From positions 56,606,001-56,670,000 of the forward strand of contig CM060732.1 in assembly GCA_030704615.1 (NCBI GenBank): 64,000 bases of DNA, written 5' to 3'. The translations under genes were made by a program, and so were the position numbers. Position 1 is the stretch's first letter, and each line of letters opens with the position of its first letter. Below the pieces are notes generated by a model. It did not search any database and was not told the origin of the DNA. It saw only the letters and a program-made list of their open reading frames with translations. The stretch comes from Takakia lepidozioides. Taxonomy: Eukaryota > Plantae > Bryophyta. Shown one piece after another: positions 62,738-64,000 of the stretch.

Positions 62738-64000
62738 TTTTGTCATATATGTTCTAAATAGTTTGAATTACCTAATGGAATCCGATACCAAGCGTGAAAG
62801 TATGTCATTCACCTTGTGCATCATTACTAATCCGTTTTCTGTTGGTTGCTGGGATGGGCACAGGTAAGGGCTCTTCACTGTTCATGGAACTTTGAAGCTT
62901 TTGTGAACTTGATAGGAGACTGCGACATTGTGGGAGGCTATACGAGAAAGTCAGAAGATGACTCATAACCCTATTGCATCTTGCTACAAATCGTGATTAC
63001 AATAGCTACCTTTCATGGGGGAGTGAATTTTTTTCTAAAAGCTCTGATACTTTGACTTTAGCTGTATCTTTTACTCAGCCTATCTCCGGTCATCCTTTGG
63101 GACAAAAAAAGATTTTTTTGGAAAGTATACTTTATGCTCTATTCTAGAATACAATGGCACTTGAATCAAGAACATGAACTAGAAGAGTCTTTCTTTACTG
63201 GAAGGTACCTCACGTCTACAAAATACTTGGGATTAGGTGACTCGGGTCTTTAAGGATCCCGCTTCCTACCCCAATCTCATTTTTTATGTTCAGTGATCTC
63301 ACAACTTTAATGTGGAATGTGATATCTATGACAACACTGCTCCTAGAACTTTGATATAATCTCAGCTACTGGATATTTCTTGATTCTTTATTTTGCTCGA
63401 ACAGACCTGTACGTGTATATATGCTGGGATTCAACTCTCCTAATTAGAAGAGAGAACAAATAATATCTAGATGTTTTGAACTACCCCACCAACCACCTTA
63501 GTCTCTAGCTATATGGAGTTTAATATTTGTTTTTAAGGGGTATGAAAGGTCGATGATATGATGGTGCCATTTTCTCAGGGTTATTTTTTTCTTTGTTTTT
63601 CCTTAGAAAAATAGTGTGATCTGGTCATAATTAGTGACTGATCCTTTCTGTCTTGATAAGACAAGCCCTATCTCTCTCTATTTATTTCTTGGAGAAGGAA
63701 TTCTACTCCTTGAATTTAATTTACGTATACCCTATATTTAGGATTTCATAAAATTTCTTGCCATATGCTAAAAACTTAAAAAGGGTGACAAAAGGTTAGG
63801 GGTGAAAATACCTCTGAACCTTTTATCTACCACTACCTTACACACGACGATGCAACATTTTTGCCATATCTATCAAAATCCTAACTTACAGGAACTGATT
63901 ACTGGCTTGGTTTCTGATTCATGAATAGTGTACTTGTTCTTAAGGGACTATCGTGACTGAGACACTGGAACGCTCTCACAACTCTAATGGAGTTGATAAA

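Overview
Eukaryotic nuclear DNA from a land plant, probably a non-seed plant (bryophyte-like; inferred from gene families and transposon types). Four intact spliced host genes are present: an EID1-like F-box gene, a UDP-glucuronate 4-epimerase gene, and two tandem nepenthesin/CDR1-like aspartic protease genes, one of which has a hidden GPI-type tail exon. About half of the window is DNA transposons. These are a 6.9-kb IS3EU-like element with ~320-bp TIRs and a 6-bp TSD, a 6.5-kb hAT element carrying captured FBP7 exons, and a 12.6-kb Mutator-like element (MULE, 45760-58389, perfect 9-bp TSD) nested in a small hAT element with a perfect 8-bp TSD. The MULE is the most unusual part. It encodes a GCM-finger/DDE transposase whose SWIM-containing half lies head-to-head on the opposite strand, with matching 14-bp inverted sites at both junctions. 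It also encodes a ParB-like (DGNHR) protein and a divergent pair of unknown ~190-aa paralogues. About 45 copies of a 22-bp palindrome (GGAAATGCGGYRCCGCATTTCC) occur in it, including a CRISPR-like 53-bp-period array. All calls were made by eye; no database searches were run.
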